Assembly: GCF_009914755.1 (NCBI RefSeq)
Contig: NC_060938.1
Strand: one strand, 5' to 3'
DNA length: 64,000 bases
Origin: the human T2T-CHM13v2.0 reference genome, Homo sapiens
A program made the translations under genes and the position numbers. How positions within the stretch are numbered: the stretch's first letter is position 1; the number at the start of each line of letters is the position of its first letter. Below, piece after piece: positions 27,366-40,200 of this stretch. The notes under the pieces are model-generated. The model was not told the origin of the DNA. It ran no database searches and was given only the letters and a program-made list of their open reading frames with translations.

Positions 27366-29449
27366 GATAAGTTACAGAAAAAGTGAGTTAATGCTGTAGA
27401 GTGACTCATCTCACTAATCTCACAGAATGGGGATTCATCAACTGAACTCCTGGATGTGAGAAAGAACCATATCATTGATATCACTGTAATCTCATTCTTC
27501 AGTAAGCAGTTGCCTTTGATCCTCACTATTTATTGTAATTATAAAGGATGTATGTTTCTTTGATGCTAATATTAAAACCTATTTTTAAACATCTTTAAAA
27601 CATCACTAGATTTTTTTATAGCTTGAAAATTTGCTGGATATATTTAGTAAATTTTCACTAGCAATGTTTTTTAGGCATTAAGATTTTTCTATTTTTGTTA
27701 AAACAGGTCTAAGTTGTCTGAATAGACTAAGAAACTTTATCCTTCTGACTCTCCAAGAAGAAATGGTTATGGTGGCCTCCCACTGCTTACCTACTTATCA
27801 CGGCATCATAAAGAGTTAAAATTTGAAGACATACAGGTGCCTACTGAAGAGATACATAGATATCAGAACTTGAAAAGCTTTAATGATCACAGAATAGGTC
27901 CTGGCCTAAAGATTCATAGTACCCTTTTATAAGAAAAGCTTGCCAAAGTGTTGTCATGACAGAGTAAGCCATATCCACTCTCACCCCCACATAACAGAAG
28001 CATCTCCTATTTCCTGCCCAAGTCCCATGTTTGCTGGTTCACACACGCAGTTGGAACTCTATAGGATAAGCCACGCTTGACTTGCCACAAATTGCTGCAG
28101 AGTCTAGCATGAAAATCAAAAACTTTCATTGAGCCTTTTAACATAGTTAGAATGGGTTATAAAATCCTGGTCCATGAACAGGCCTCACTTGCATTAGCTT
28201 CCTACAAAAGTTGCATGTAAATCTTAGATGGATAGAGAGATAGAAAGATATATAGATATTCATATATAGACATATAGTATGGTTATATTTTATTTATATG
28301 CATGTTAATGTTTATGTATATATTTTTTCCTAGAAAATTAAAGGAGTACCTATAGCAAAACACTTTGCTCAGTAACTAATCATTTTTCAATATCCCTATG
28401 TTAATGTCAGGATTTATGTCATTTGCCCTATTTTATATATTTGCATGACAGTCTAGGGACCAATTGCTTTAACAAAAATATCCAGCTGCCTAAATGTCCT
28501 CAACAAGTAGTCACTTCAAGTGAAAACTCACAGGATCTTGAGACTGCTGTTTTTCATCATTTGATTTCTGCCTCTGATGAGAGTCAACAGACAAAAGGCA
28601 CAACCCCCAGCTCCAAGTCAAAGGGCTCATCTAGACCCTGCAGTCACTGGGCCTGTGCCCTTAGGCAAGTTCTTTAACCTCTTGAAAGATGTGGTTTAGG
28701 TGGGAAGGGGAACAATAATCCAGATAACCTGTAAAATTGCTTCCAGAGGCAAAGTCTCTTTAGGAATAAATGAGGGGTCTAACATCTCTCACTGCAGGGT
28801 AGCAAGAGGATGGGCTGGAAGGACAGGATGAGGCTGACTCAGAGCAAGCTGGAGGATTTCGAGAGAGAGGGGACACAGAATGTGTTGTTGTCGCTGTTAT
28901 CAACTATCCCTCTTCAAGCAGAAGTTTTTACTAAACTGAAGTTTGCATTTTCTCCTTCACCTAGAGTCCCTATCCCTTTATGAAGTCTTTATGAACAGAC
29001 TCGATGTGTTTCCAGGGCTGACGTGAGGCATAGTTTCTGCCCTGGTCATCACAGGAGAGTGATTCCAATAAAATAAGAATAAAACGATGGAGATAAAAGA
29101 CAGGAAAGAAAATAGACTCACCAATAATATGTGTACATGTGTCTTGTTTTCATATTATCTACTACAAGTTGGAAGCTGCAGTGGCAGGGTCTTTGTTCTG
29201 TGGTATCTTTACATCCTTATCGAGAATAAACAATAGAAGCAAACACTAAAGTCAGCAAGTTAAGAGCAGAGGTTGTTAAGATCAGTAATAAATCTGCAGC
29301 AGCTGATAGTGCATCCTGCGTCATCTTGATTCATTTCTAACATCCTTATTGATAGAAAATAGGAAAATCCAAGCAGCTCAAACAAAACCAAACAAAGCAA
29401 AACAGGCCAGGGAACAGGAACTTGATGGAAGAATTATATCGTGCAAGTC

Positions 29450-29860
29450 TTGTGGCTTACAAGGGCCTATATATCTAATCTGGTCTCATCGTTCACAACT
29501 TCCCATCACCCTTCATTTGAGGCACTCTGAATTTATCTTTCTCATCTCCCAGTCTTTGCACATTCTGTTCTCTCAGTCTGAAATACTATGGTCTTACTCC
29601 TTCACTTTTGCCCAAGTAATTCCTATTCATCTTTCTGGTCTTCTTTCTCCAGGAATCCCTCTCTTGTCTGGTGTCCCAAAGCTGACTTAGATGCTTGTCT
29701 CATGTGCACCCATAGCCATGTATTAAAATTACTTGCAGGCTTATCTGTATGACCACAAGACTGCAAGTATCTTGAGGGCTGTTACTGCGAATAATTGTCT
29801 TCACATCCCCAGCACCTACGCTGTAGCTGGCACATAGCGCTCAATAAATATTTGAACAGC
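29450..29860 (+). mobile_element. L2 3' fragment
   Basis: CCCCAGCACCTA...CTGGCACATAGCGCTCAATAAATATTTG. Confidence 0.75.
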
Positions 29861-30256
29861 GTGGTTCACTCTCCTGGCCTAATCATGAAAATCTTACAAC
29901 AGAGTTTGCCAAACTAGTCCAGTTTCTTTGACCAGGATAAAACCAAACAAGCTGAAAACGAAAGCAGTACTTTTGGCAAGATGTTCTCTTTTCCTTGACT
30001 AATAATATAGGCAAAGTGCCTAGAGCCAGGCCCAGCACAAATCAGACTCAGTAATGTTCTTATTTCCACCTCATCCTCTTCCTCATATCCTTTGTTTTTC
30101 AAGTGTAAACTCAAAGATCATTCATATACCAGAGATTGTTCAAGATACACTCCTAAAAAACTTGTGAAGAAAGTTCCTTGAGAGAACCAAGAGAAAACAT
30201 GGTACCATCTATGTGATAAGCCCTGAAAATAATTTCGATCAAAGCATTAAAATTTG

Positions 30257-30554
30257 AGCCAGGTGCAGTGGCATGTGCCTGTAATCCCAGCTACTCAGAA
30301 GGCTGAGGTGGGAAGATCATTTAAGCCCAGGAGTTTGAGGCCACCCTGGGCAACACAGACCCCATCTCTAAAAAAAATTTTTTAAATTAGCCAGGCATGG
30401 TGGCATGGGCCTGTAGCCAGCTACTTGGGAGGCTGAGGCAGAAAGATCACTTGAGCCCAGGAGTTCAAGATTACAGTAAACTAAGATTGCACAACTGCAC
30501 TCCAGCATAGGCGACAGGGGAGGCCTCATATCTTTAGGAAAAAAAAAAAAAAAA
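30257..30554 (+). mobile_element. AluJ-age dimer with a FLAM_A/FAM-like left arm
   Basis: Left arm reads GTGGCATGTGCCTGTAATCCCAGCTACTC rather than GTGGCTCAC...CAGCACTTTGG; A tail present. Confidence 0.85.
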
Positions 30555-31157
30555 GACCACTCCTCACCAACTGTACTGCTTACCTCCAGCCCTTCTATTT
30601 TGCACTATTGCAACAGCCTGCTAACTGGTCTCTCAGCTTCTGCCTTTAATTCACATCTCAAGGGTAAAGCCTATTTTCAAGACAGCCACCACTTGCTCCT
30701 TTTGAAATGTTAAGTCGGATCACTTCACTCTTCCACTAAAACTCTCCAATGAATTTAGTCTGAAATCCCCACCAAGTCATTTTACATTAATCACTAAATA
30801 ATGCTACAAGAGCCAACTCCAGTCTTGGCCAGCATTCTACAAGCATGTTATGAGAAAGCCATTATAGTCATGGTGATACAAGTAAATCCTTGCTGTTAAC
30901 TGCAGTCAACAGGGGAGAAAACTGCCTAAACATAATGATTGGTTTCCAATGTATGGTTTCAAGTCAACGTATAGTTTCCATTCACAACTGAACTCTCCAT
31001 GTTAGTAAACTATGCATTTCGTTTGAATCATGACCCTATGCTATTCTTTATAACTTGGTACTCCAAACGTTCCTCACTTTCCTCAAGCTTTCTACCCCAT
31101 TTCTCATTTGCAGAGAATAGAATTCATCAGTATCTTTCTTTTCAATTTTCAAACATA

Positions 31158-31680
31158 TTGCAGTAAATAGCAAAAAGGGTCACAGCTGTTCACACCTCCC
31201 TGAATACATGCTCTTTGCAATGTGAATTTTGAGCTCCTCCCATCAAGATGTGAAGCCTATTTCCCCAATCCACAAATCTAGGCTAATCTTGTATGACTTG
31301 CTTTGTCCAGTAAAATGCCACAGAAGTGATGCTGTACAAGTTCTTATCCTAGGCCTCAGAAGAGTTGACCACATTTCTGCTCACTCTTGAAATCCTACCC
31401 AGTGGCTACATGAATAAGCCAGGGCTAACCTACAGGGTGATAGAATACCACCTGGAGCAGAAATGAGTCATCCTAGCCAAGGCCATCCTAGATCAGCTAT
31501 CACCACCCACCCTGGGAGCAATGGAAGATATATAAGTGATCCCAGCTAAAACCAGAAGAACCACCCATCAGAGCCCAGCCCAAAGTGCTGGTCCATTAAA
31601 TCATGAAATAAATAAATAGTTGTTGTTTTAAGCCACTAAGTTTTGGGGTGGTTTGGTGCACAGTAAAAGCTAAATGGTAA
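31158..31680 (+). mobile_element. MLT1 (F/G/H-like) LTR
   Basis: CTTTGCAATGTGAATTTTGAGCTCCTCCCATCAAGA...TGACTTGCTTTG...TTGTTTTAAGCCACTAAGTTTTGGGGTGGTTTG. Confidence 0.8.
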
Positions 31681-31893
31681 ACTTATCTAAATCTTCTCCT
31701 ATGTTTATTACCTCAAGTAAAGGTGACTCAACTTTTCCAGAACCTCTTTGCCTAAACACACTCTCTTCTTCTTAGGATGCCTTCCTCAACCTGGTCCATC
31801 TGGGAAACTTATATTGAGACAGTTCAACAGCACATCAATAATCTCCCCTCCCACCACCTGCCACCTCACCCTCCTCTTTGAGCTCATAGCATA

Positions 31894-31959
31894 TATACAT
31901 ACCTCCATCTTTGTATTTATTTTCATTATACATACCTCCATCTTTGTATTTATTTTCAT
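31894..31959. repeat. Perfect 33-bp tandem duplication
   Basis: TATACATACCTCCATCTTTGTATTTATTTTCAT at 31894-31926 and again at 31927-31959. Confidence 0.97.
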
Positions 31960-32699
31960 GTCCGTCTACCACAGAAGGTTGAGATTACATTTTATTCATC
32001 TCTCTAATTCAGTACTTAGCCTAATGTTTGTCGTATAGGAGCAGCTCAATAATTTTGCTATAAATAAACATTAAATGCTTTGACATTTTTCATTTCTGTC
32101 TTCTTTTCTCTATAACTACTACCTCTGCCTTCATGACAGCCCCTATCCTGAATGACCTGAATAATTTAAACGGAGGCCTTTCTTCTTCCCTAACTAGTCT
32201 TGTTGAGTACTCCCACAGCACATTGTAAACACTTTCAACACACAATCATGATTATTTATACAGGGTTCTTCCCATAAAACTTTTAGCTCTTTCAAGGCAG
32301 AAGTCATATATCCCTTATTTTTTAATATCTAATCCCTAGCCTAATAACTTTTTGATAATAGCTGGTTAATTTATGATGAAACTAATTTTAACATTTTTTA
32401 AACTATTTAATGAAAAAATAACTTTAATTCCATAAACCAGACTTTCTAATAGGATGTTGATAATAGTCAATACAGTGAAGAGTACTGTCCAGACTCAGCC
32501 ATGTGAGGAAGGAGAAGGAATCAACTCTTACCTCGTAGGGATTTTTCTGAAGCAGACATTGCTATCTGGTTTTGTCTCACTCGTAGCCCTAAATGAAATC
32601 TCTTCTACCAATTCATCTACTTTGATGAGGTAGATGAAGCTTTCAAACAATGTGGAGACATTGGTATGGGAGAAGTCACTCCTTTAACTGTCCCCAAGA

Positions 32700-32840
32700 G
32701 CTGTCAATTAGTGGATTATTTTCCACTAATGTTGATCTGCTCAAAGATTCTGCCTTTAATGTTCACTGGCATTATCAACAACTAGAATGAAGACACAGAA
32801 AGTAGTTTTATCAAATTCAGGGACAACCCAAAGCTGAAAT
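32700..32840 (+). mobile_element. L3/CR1 LINE relic (RT region)
   Basis: ATTATCAACAACTAGAATGAAGACACAGAAAG...TTATCAAATTCAGGGACAACCCAAAGCTG resembles the CR1 RT 'IKFADDTKL' segment. Confidence 0.6.
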
Positions 32841-32859
32841 GAAGACCTATTACCTCAAA

Positions 32860-33040
32860 TCCATTCATTCATTCAGCAAACAGTTATTGCATACTTACCT
32901 ACTATGTACCAAAATAGTGTTCTAAGCATTGGGATACAGCAGAAAACAAAAAACACCAGGTCTTTTCTTTCATTGAGATTTCATTCTAAAGGCAGAGGAT
33001 AGACATTAAACAAAAATCTAATAAACATAATGAATAAGCA
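32860..33040 (-). mobile_element. L2 3' end
   Basis: CATTCATTCATTCAGCAAACAGTTATTG...CCTACTATGTACCA...GCATTGGGATACAGCAG. Confidence 0.8.
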
Positions 33041-34299
33041 AAACTAACACTTTGCCCTTCCACCATAGTGACCAAACACACCACATACCACAGTCAGGGC
33101 TGGTGGGGGAGCACGTTTTTTAAGGAGTACTTTTACATCATGAAATAAACTTCAAAAACAGGAATTTCCCATCTAGAGTTAGTCCTCAAAATAAATGAGA
33201 CCTTGAGCCCTTTCTCAGAAATTGCTAAGTCATTAGTGAACATATTTTGCCCCTGACTTTTGCAATGCCAGCATCGGCAGATATGTGATGACCCTACAGA
33301 TGTAATAATTATGTGAGAAAACCACTATCATTTCCCATCATGAACAGTTAACTAATGATAACCTTGAAGAGTTTCTTTCCATAAACACTTGCCATGTCCT
33401 TTACCTGGAGAGCCAGTTCTGAAGGCTGGTCTTTCTTGCAAAACATTGCAAGTAAAAATCCTTTTGCTTTCTCATTGCTTTTATTTCTGAGTTGTTCTTT
33501 CACCCACTGGAGCTAAATAAGATATATTACTTGAGAAATACACCACTTCAATCTGTTTCACCCAAGTTTGTCTTTTTCAGCTTCTTGAATAAAAAGCTGT
33601 GGAGACATAACTTTAACTCTCTGTAACTCAGTTTCTATTTCTGTTTGTCTTTCAGTTTCTGGATTAAGACTGGTTCTTGGCCAGGTCTGGTTCTGTTTTA
33701 CACATGACTACTGTTTTATTCCCTCTGTAAGTGGCAGTAATGCTCAGGAGACAGGTTTCAATTATATGCTCTGACCATCTGGTTTCTGTTGGGTGGCAGA
33801 CAACAGGAAGTCTGGTAGTCTCCTTATATTTTTTCTTTTTATTTGTCAGCGGTCTTTCTGATGTGTCCTGGCACTTGAACATTCATTTCTTTGTCACTAA
33901 GTCATGCAACTATGGCCATATCATCGTGTGGTCTCAATCACAGTGTTGGGAACTCACTCAGGTCACATCCTCAATCACTGATCATACATTTTTATTTCCA
34001 ACTATCAGTAAAATCATTGTGTTGTTTGAGCTCAAATCATGCAAAATAAAAAAGAGAAAATTTCTGTGCCCCTGAAACAGAGAGCCACACCTGGATCAAG
34101 GGACATCACATTGAGGACACCTTTGACATGCATTGTGTCCCTCCCCTTCTTGACCCAGAGCTGCTGAAACTGACAAGTAAGTTTTTGCTGAAACCCAGCA
34201 AATTGGGCTTTGTATTTACCTTTGACCCATGACTGAGGCTGCTAGTTCTTCATGTGTCTGTGCCCTTTCTCAGGAGGAAATTACGTAACCTATATCAAT

Positions 34300-34520
34300 G
34301 GAGGAGGAAATGCTCTAGGAGAATACTGGTGGAAGCAGAAAGGCCAGGTAGGGCTATTAATAACGTCACTGCAGGCAGGAGATGACAGTGGCTTAGGCTA
34401 TATGATAATAGCAAATGTGTGAGAAGTAACTGCATTCAATAGACTTTACGGCTGAGGTGACAGAGAATGAGTATACGGTGTGTGAAGAAGCAAGGAGCCA
34501 AGAATGACACCAAGATTTTT
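34300..34520 (-). mobile_element. L2 fragment
   Basis: GGAAGCAGAAAGGCCAGGTAGGGCTATT...GGAGATGACAGTGGCTTAG...AGCCAAGAATGACACCAAGATTTTTG. Confidence 0.7.
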
Positions 34521-34529
34521 GATAGATGA

Positions 34530-34830
34530 CAGCATAGGAATTCAAAATTACTTTTACTGTTCAGGAAAATGAAATGTAATAAGGACATGTAAAGGCAGCT
34601 CTCAGATCTAAAATTTCAACTGCAAAAATGCAAGATAAGGGAAAACTGGCCTAACAATAGCCTATAAGAAAATGAGCTAGGAGTCTTGCTGGACCTCAAG
34701 TTCAGTGTGATTCACATGACAATCAGAAGAGCCTACAATTTAAAATATACTAGAAGTAGAATGCCTGAGTTAAGGGAGATGAATCTTTAGTATATTTCAC
34801 ACTAATCAGTTCATGTCTAAAATCCCTTCC
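34530..34830 (+). mobile_element. L3/CR1 LINE relic (continuation)
   Basis: AATGAAATGTAATAAGGACATGTAAAG...TCAACTGCAAAAATGCAAGATAAGGG...CTAGGAGTCTTGCTGGACCTCAAG. Confidence 0.6.
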
Positions 34831-37749
34831 ATTGCTAAGATTCATAAATCTTCCAATCCATCACCTAAAATGAGCATCATGTACTTACAGGGGTCTCAAT
34901 GTGTGATGTGTGTATAGTGCATTTCTCCATTTGGAAGGAATAATAGAGAAAGTTCACATTTTAAAACATCAAATTACAACCTAGAATACCATCTACTTTG
35001 TGCTAATTGCCTCATTAGCAAGCTTTGCATACATGATTACTGAGCTTTCTCAGTGATTCCTTCCTAAACAAAGGGTGAGCCCTCCATGCATCTACACTGA
35101 GCATCTTATTTGTCTTTGGAGATTCTTTTTTTGGATAGGCATGGGAGTCAGTAGAAGAGTGGCATTATGCAACATAAGTGTGTGTGTATTCATTGAGAAG
35201 CAATATAAGCATGAGAGCAGTCAATCAAGTCAAAGACCTGAGTTCCGGGTGGGTCTCAGGCTTCAACTCTCCACATGACTTCAGGCTAGCATCCTTTCCC
35301 TGCATTTCCATGTCCTAAGCTATAATGCAGCAAATACTGGCTGTCTCCACGCCTTCCCAAAAGAGAAGCTCTCAAGAAAAATGGGGTGTCCTAAATTCAA
35401 CAGCCACCTATGGAACAGTTGTGGAGGACAAGACAGTACAATTAAGCCCTTAGGAGAAAACTGTGCTCTGAGCTCTCCAGAGAGAAAAAGAAAATGAGAA
35501 AGTGAAAAAGGACGCTGGGCAGAAACAAAAGTTTCTCCCTGGGAGCTACTAATAGTTTAAGAAGTGTTTCTCTCTAGAAGCATCCATCTAAGGTACCAGA
35601 GCTTTTAAACACACCAGCCAGTAATGGAGTGCAAGAGAGGTCACTGCCAAAGATGAATGTAGTATTCGTCAAACAGCAGAAATGGATGGTTAGTGTAACA
35701 AGAACAGATAGTTCTACCAGGGCAGTCTCTCCCCTGTCCTTCCCGCCCAGGTTTATAATGCCATGTGTAACACCAAGGGACAAAGATCAAAAAAGGAAAT
35801 GCCAACCACATGGTTAGCTCATGAAAACGATTAGAAAAAAAGTCCTTTTGGCAGCTTCAGGTAAATTAGTGTTCATTCTGACACCCATTCCAGACCACTC
35901 CAGACAACATCTCACCACATAAAAAACACTTTCTTTTGTCTCTTTTCTCTCCAGTCCATGGGCATTTAATTCCCGCATAAGAAGAAAAGAAAGAGCCTTA
36001 AAATATAAGAACCCAGAAAATGAAAACCACTATTCCTTTTAAGCAATTCCAAGCTAGATCTACTAAAAACTATTTGGTCCACTGGTTTTATACAGAAAAG
36101 TTTAGCTGACTGAAAACTATACTATTTTACAACTAAAAGGAACACAAGAATTCAGAAATCTGGCAGCACATAAAGTCTCTGCATTTCCATTTTAAAGCAA
36201 CATTACTTTTCTTTAAGATGGATATTTTATTTCTAAATGGCTGGACATGACCTTTACAAGTGTGTAGTTTCTGTCTGCAGCTGAGAAAAAAAAATGTCAT
36301 TCCTGCTTCTCATTCTTTTATTTCTATTAATCACTTTTTCTCTTTACATACTACATAATCAAGAGGGACACATCCATTGCCCTTCTAGCTGATTTCTATT
36401 ATTTCTCATTACAGCCTTTGTTCCATTTCCCTGCTTCCCACCAGGCATTAAATATTTGGACACTGAGTCTAAACTGTTCTATCCCTGCCTCTGTAGGGGT
36501 GACTATCATATAGTTGTGTAATCAATTAGCCTGGCATCTGATCTCTATTTCAAATGTCTTCTTAGGGAAATTTAATTATGATTAATATCTTTTTATAACT
36601 TTGAAATTATATAGGCACGATTCCTTACTCAGCCATGCTTGTTAAAAATCATAAATCAATTTATTTTATTCCCTGTAGAAGTGAGGAGTCCTTTCCAATT
36701 CTGATTGAATTCTAGCAACATAAAAAGTCCAGCAGACATTAGAAGAATATACATTTTTTTTCCTTTCAATGGGAAACCCTTTCCATAATATCTTTGTGGT
36801 TGGGAGATTTGCGGAGCCTCCAAAGCAAGCCTTACAAATACAATTTAAAGAAAGCATTCTACAATTATGACAGGAAGAAAGATGTCTTCAGACAATAACA
36901 AAATTCAGATTCAAGTGTGTTGTACTCCACGCAAGAGATGTATTCCTGGAAAGCTGAAGTAATCACTTTTTAATAAATCAAATATTTCAAAATCAGAGTA
37001 GTTATTAATAGATATAATCCTGGTGGCAAATTCTTCTCTGAGGGGCAGGATCCATTTCTAACGAAAAGATATACCTCTCAATGTAATGGTTTTAAGTTTG
37101 TTTTGGTGCTCAACTTTCCAAAAGTAGGACACTAATATATGAATTTTGAAAGTATTTGGAATATCTGTCCCACCTTTTCAGAAACTTCATGACCCATAAA
37201 ATCCAATAATAAATGTTGATTCTTACCATGCCACCTGCACAAGTGTCCCTGTAGCAGACATGATTAGCTGATGAACCCAACATCAGTTTCCCTACCTGAC
37301 TTAAGAAAACTTTTCCAAAACTTAGAAATAAGGCAAAAAGATGACTCACGTTCTTGTAATGTCATACTGGAGCATTGTCTGATGGGCCCACCCATGGATT
37401 ATTTAATTCTCTAGGAGAATATATCTTTAATTTTATGATATTATTAATTAGGGCCCATATTCTGTGATGTTACATGTTAATTAATATATACTTTTGTGTA
37501 GTAGACATGCCAATGATTTTGTCCATTGGAGAACATAACATCAAAGGTTATGGTTTTATTGTCCTACTGGACATTAACCAGTTTCATCTCTAACCTAGCA
37601 AACTTATTTCTGCAAATTATTCCTCAAATTTTCCTTCTAACCATCTTTACCTATCCTGCTGGTTGTCTCATTAATAGATTAAATAAATGCTGACACACAC
37701 TTATTCTTTATCTGTATGAGAGTCATGTTTTAATTTCTTTGAAAATTAT

Positions 37750-38166
37750 GCTTGACACATCCCTCTACTTTCTTTCCTAGCCTCTTCTGTAATTAGAGAT
37801 AGCCATGTAACACAGTTCCAGGCAATCAGATACAAGTAGAAGTGTGATTAAAGTTTCTAGAAAAGTGTTTGCTCCTCTGATAAAGAAGACAGTTGTATCT
37901 GGCAGTGACCCCTTTTCCCTCCTTTCTGCTCAATTACCGACAAGATTTCTGGAGTTGGAGCAGCCAGTCTTGCTCCTAAGAGGAAATAAGAACAAAAAAA
38001 AAGCTAAAAGACCCTCAGATACATCAACCCTTATATCACTGAGCCCATGAGACAAGAGGAACAGCAATCAGCCTCTAAACTTTTTGTAGGAGAAAAATAA
38101 ACTCCTATTTGTTCAAGTCACTATAAACCAGGGTTTCTTCCTTGTCTTCAACCAGACACATTTGCA
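37750..38166 (+). mobile_element. ERVL LTR (LTR33/LTR16-like)
   Basis: GCCATGTAACACAGTTCCAGGCAATCAGATACAAGTAGAAGT...GGAGCAGCCAGTCTTGC...AAATAAACTCCTATTTGTTCAAG. Confidence 0.6.
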
Positions 38167-38180
38167 GCTGATAGTAATTC

Positions 38181-38844
38181 ATTTTCCAAAAAACTTTTAT
38201 TTTAGGTTCAGGGGTACATGTGCAGTTTGTTACATAGGTAAACTTGTGTCATAGGAGTTTGTTATACAGATTATTTTGTCACCAGGTACTAAGCCTGGTA
38301 CCCAATAGTTATTATTTCTGCTCCTCTCCCTCCTTCCACCCTCTACCCTCAAGTAGGCCCCATTGTCTGTTCCCCTCTTTGTGTCCATGTGTTCTTATCA
38401 TTTAGCTCCCACTTATAAGTGAGAACATGTGGTATTTGGTTTTCTGTTCCTACATTAGTTTGCTAAGAATGATGGTCTCCGGCTCCATCCATGTTACCCC
38501 AAAAACGTGATCTCATTCTGTTTTAGGGCTGCATAGTATTCCACGATGCATATGTATCACATTTTCTTTATCTAATCTGCCATTGATGGGCATTTAGGTT
38601 GATTCCATGTCTTTGCTATTATGAATAGTGCTGCTATAAACATGCATGTGTCTTTGTGGTAGAATGATTTATATTCATTTGGGTAAATAGCCAATAATGG
38701 GATTGCTGGGTCTAATCGTAGTTCTGTTTTTAGCTCTTTGAGGAACCACCACACGGCTTTCCACAATGATTGAACTAATTTACACTCACACCAACAGTGT
38801 ACAAACATTCCCTTTACTCCACAACCTCACCAGTAGGTTATTCC
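38181..38844 (-). mobile_element. Old L1PA (about L1PA13-16-like) 3' end, 5'-truncated
   Basis: TTTTAGGTTCAGGGGTACATGTGCAG...GCTCCCACTTATAAGTGAGAACATG; TSD GCTGATA(G/A)TAATTC at 38167-38180 and 38845-38858. Confidence 0.92.
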
Positions 38845-39661
38845 GCTGATAATAATTCTTTAGACTCCTCTATCTTCCCCATTTTGTAAGTTTGCCAGTT
38901 TTCAACTGGAAAGGCAAGTTCTGCTCAGCCTGAAGCCTATACTGCAAAAAAGTATACTTTTTACAGAGATTCTGGAGGAGGCTTACTAATGCTTTACAAC
39001 AGTTTCCAAAAATCAAACTGATATTGTCTTCACGTGTAATGAAAATAACTAATGAGTTCCCTCAAGAATTCAGCTTTCCCTCTAAGCACCAAAGTTGGTG
39101 AATTATAAATTAAGGAGACCACCTCCTTCTAAGGATGTTCCTTCCTAAAGCTATAAAGATCAGAGGAGCTCCCTGGTACAACGATGGCAGATGGGAGTGC
39201 AGTGCTTTACAGTAGCCCTGCAGTGCCTAGGGCGCAACCCTACTGCCCCTCCCACTCTCCAGGACTGACACCTGGAGCATGGGAGGATACCGGGACTGAC
39301 ACCTGGCCTTGCCTTTTCCCTAGTTCACATTACTGAAGAGTGGAGCTCCAGGGGAACATGAGTTGGCAAGCAAAAATAACTAGATCCTGAAGAGCGCTAA
39401 GCACATAACTAGACTCAGCTCAAACCTGTTGGCCTCTGCTTTCTTTCTTCTGACACTCAGATAATCAAGATTTTTTTTCCCCCATAATTGTTGGTTGTGT
39501 GCTCAAGACTTAGTCCTGGCTTCTCATCAAAAAGAGAGTGGCAATTCCTTTTTGTATATATCTTCTAAGTAAGAAACATTTGCTTTATATATTTCCAACA
39601 AAAAAATTCTTACTTGGCCTACTATATGAGATCTGAGCTGGTCTGCTCTCTGCCAGGTGCC

Positions 39662-39925
39662 AAAAGAGAGAAAAGAGAAAGAGAGAAAGTGGGAGGAGGA
39701 AGAAAGGAGAGAAGGAGGGAAGGAGGGAGAAAGGAAGGAAGGACAAAGTGGAGGAGTAAGAAGGGAAGGAAAGAAGGAGAAAGTAGGGGGAGGAAGAAAG
39801 GAGAGCAGGAGGGAAGAAAGAGAAAGGAAGGAAGGAAAGAAAAATCAGGGGAGGAGAGTAGGAGGGAAGGAAAGAGAAAGGTTGGAAGGAGAGAGGAAGA
39901 GGAAAGGGGGAGAAAGGAAGGAAGA
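39662..39925. repeat. Purine-rich (GA/GGAA) low-complexity tract
   Basis: About 260 bp almost entirely A/G on the + strand. Confidence 0.9.
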
Positions 39926-39964
39926 CAAGCAGACTGGATCCCTAGGTAGAAACAAGAAAGGAAG

Positions 39965-39970
<6 letters not shown>

Positions 39971-40006
<36 letters not shown>
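39971..40006. repeat. (CA)18 microsatellite
   Basis: Direct count. Confidence 0.97.
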
Positions 40007-40007
<1 letters not shown>

Positions 40008-40019
40008 TATTTGTTATAT

Positions 40020-40200
40020 CTGTGATACTTTGAAACACTTTAAATATCTTATCTCATTAAATCTTCACCGTGTCCTATGTAAGGTAGGAGTTTATTATTG
40101 GTCCCATTTTACACGTGAAAGAATTGAGGTTCATATGGTAACAAATAGCACAACTAGAGTTTGAATTCAGGCCTGTTCTTCCTAATGCCTTGTCCTTGTA
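40020..40200 (-). mobile_element. MIR fragment
   Basis: ATCTCATTAAATCTTCAC...GTAAGGTAGG...CCCATTTTACACGTGAAAGAATTGAGGTTCA. Confidence 0.7.

Noticed and set aside
39614-40038. Three overlapping 111-138 aa ORFs rich in R/K/E/G or L/S/F/P
   Set aside because: Stop-free only because of the purine-rich tract and (CA)n
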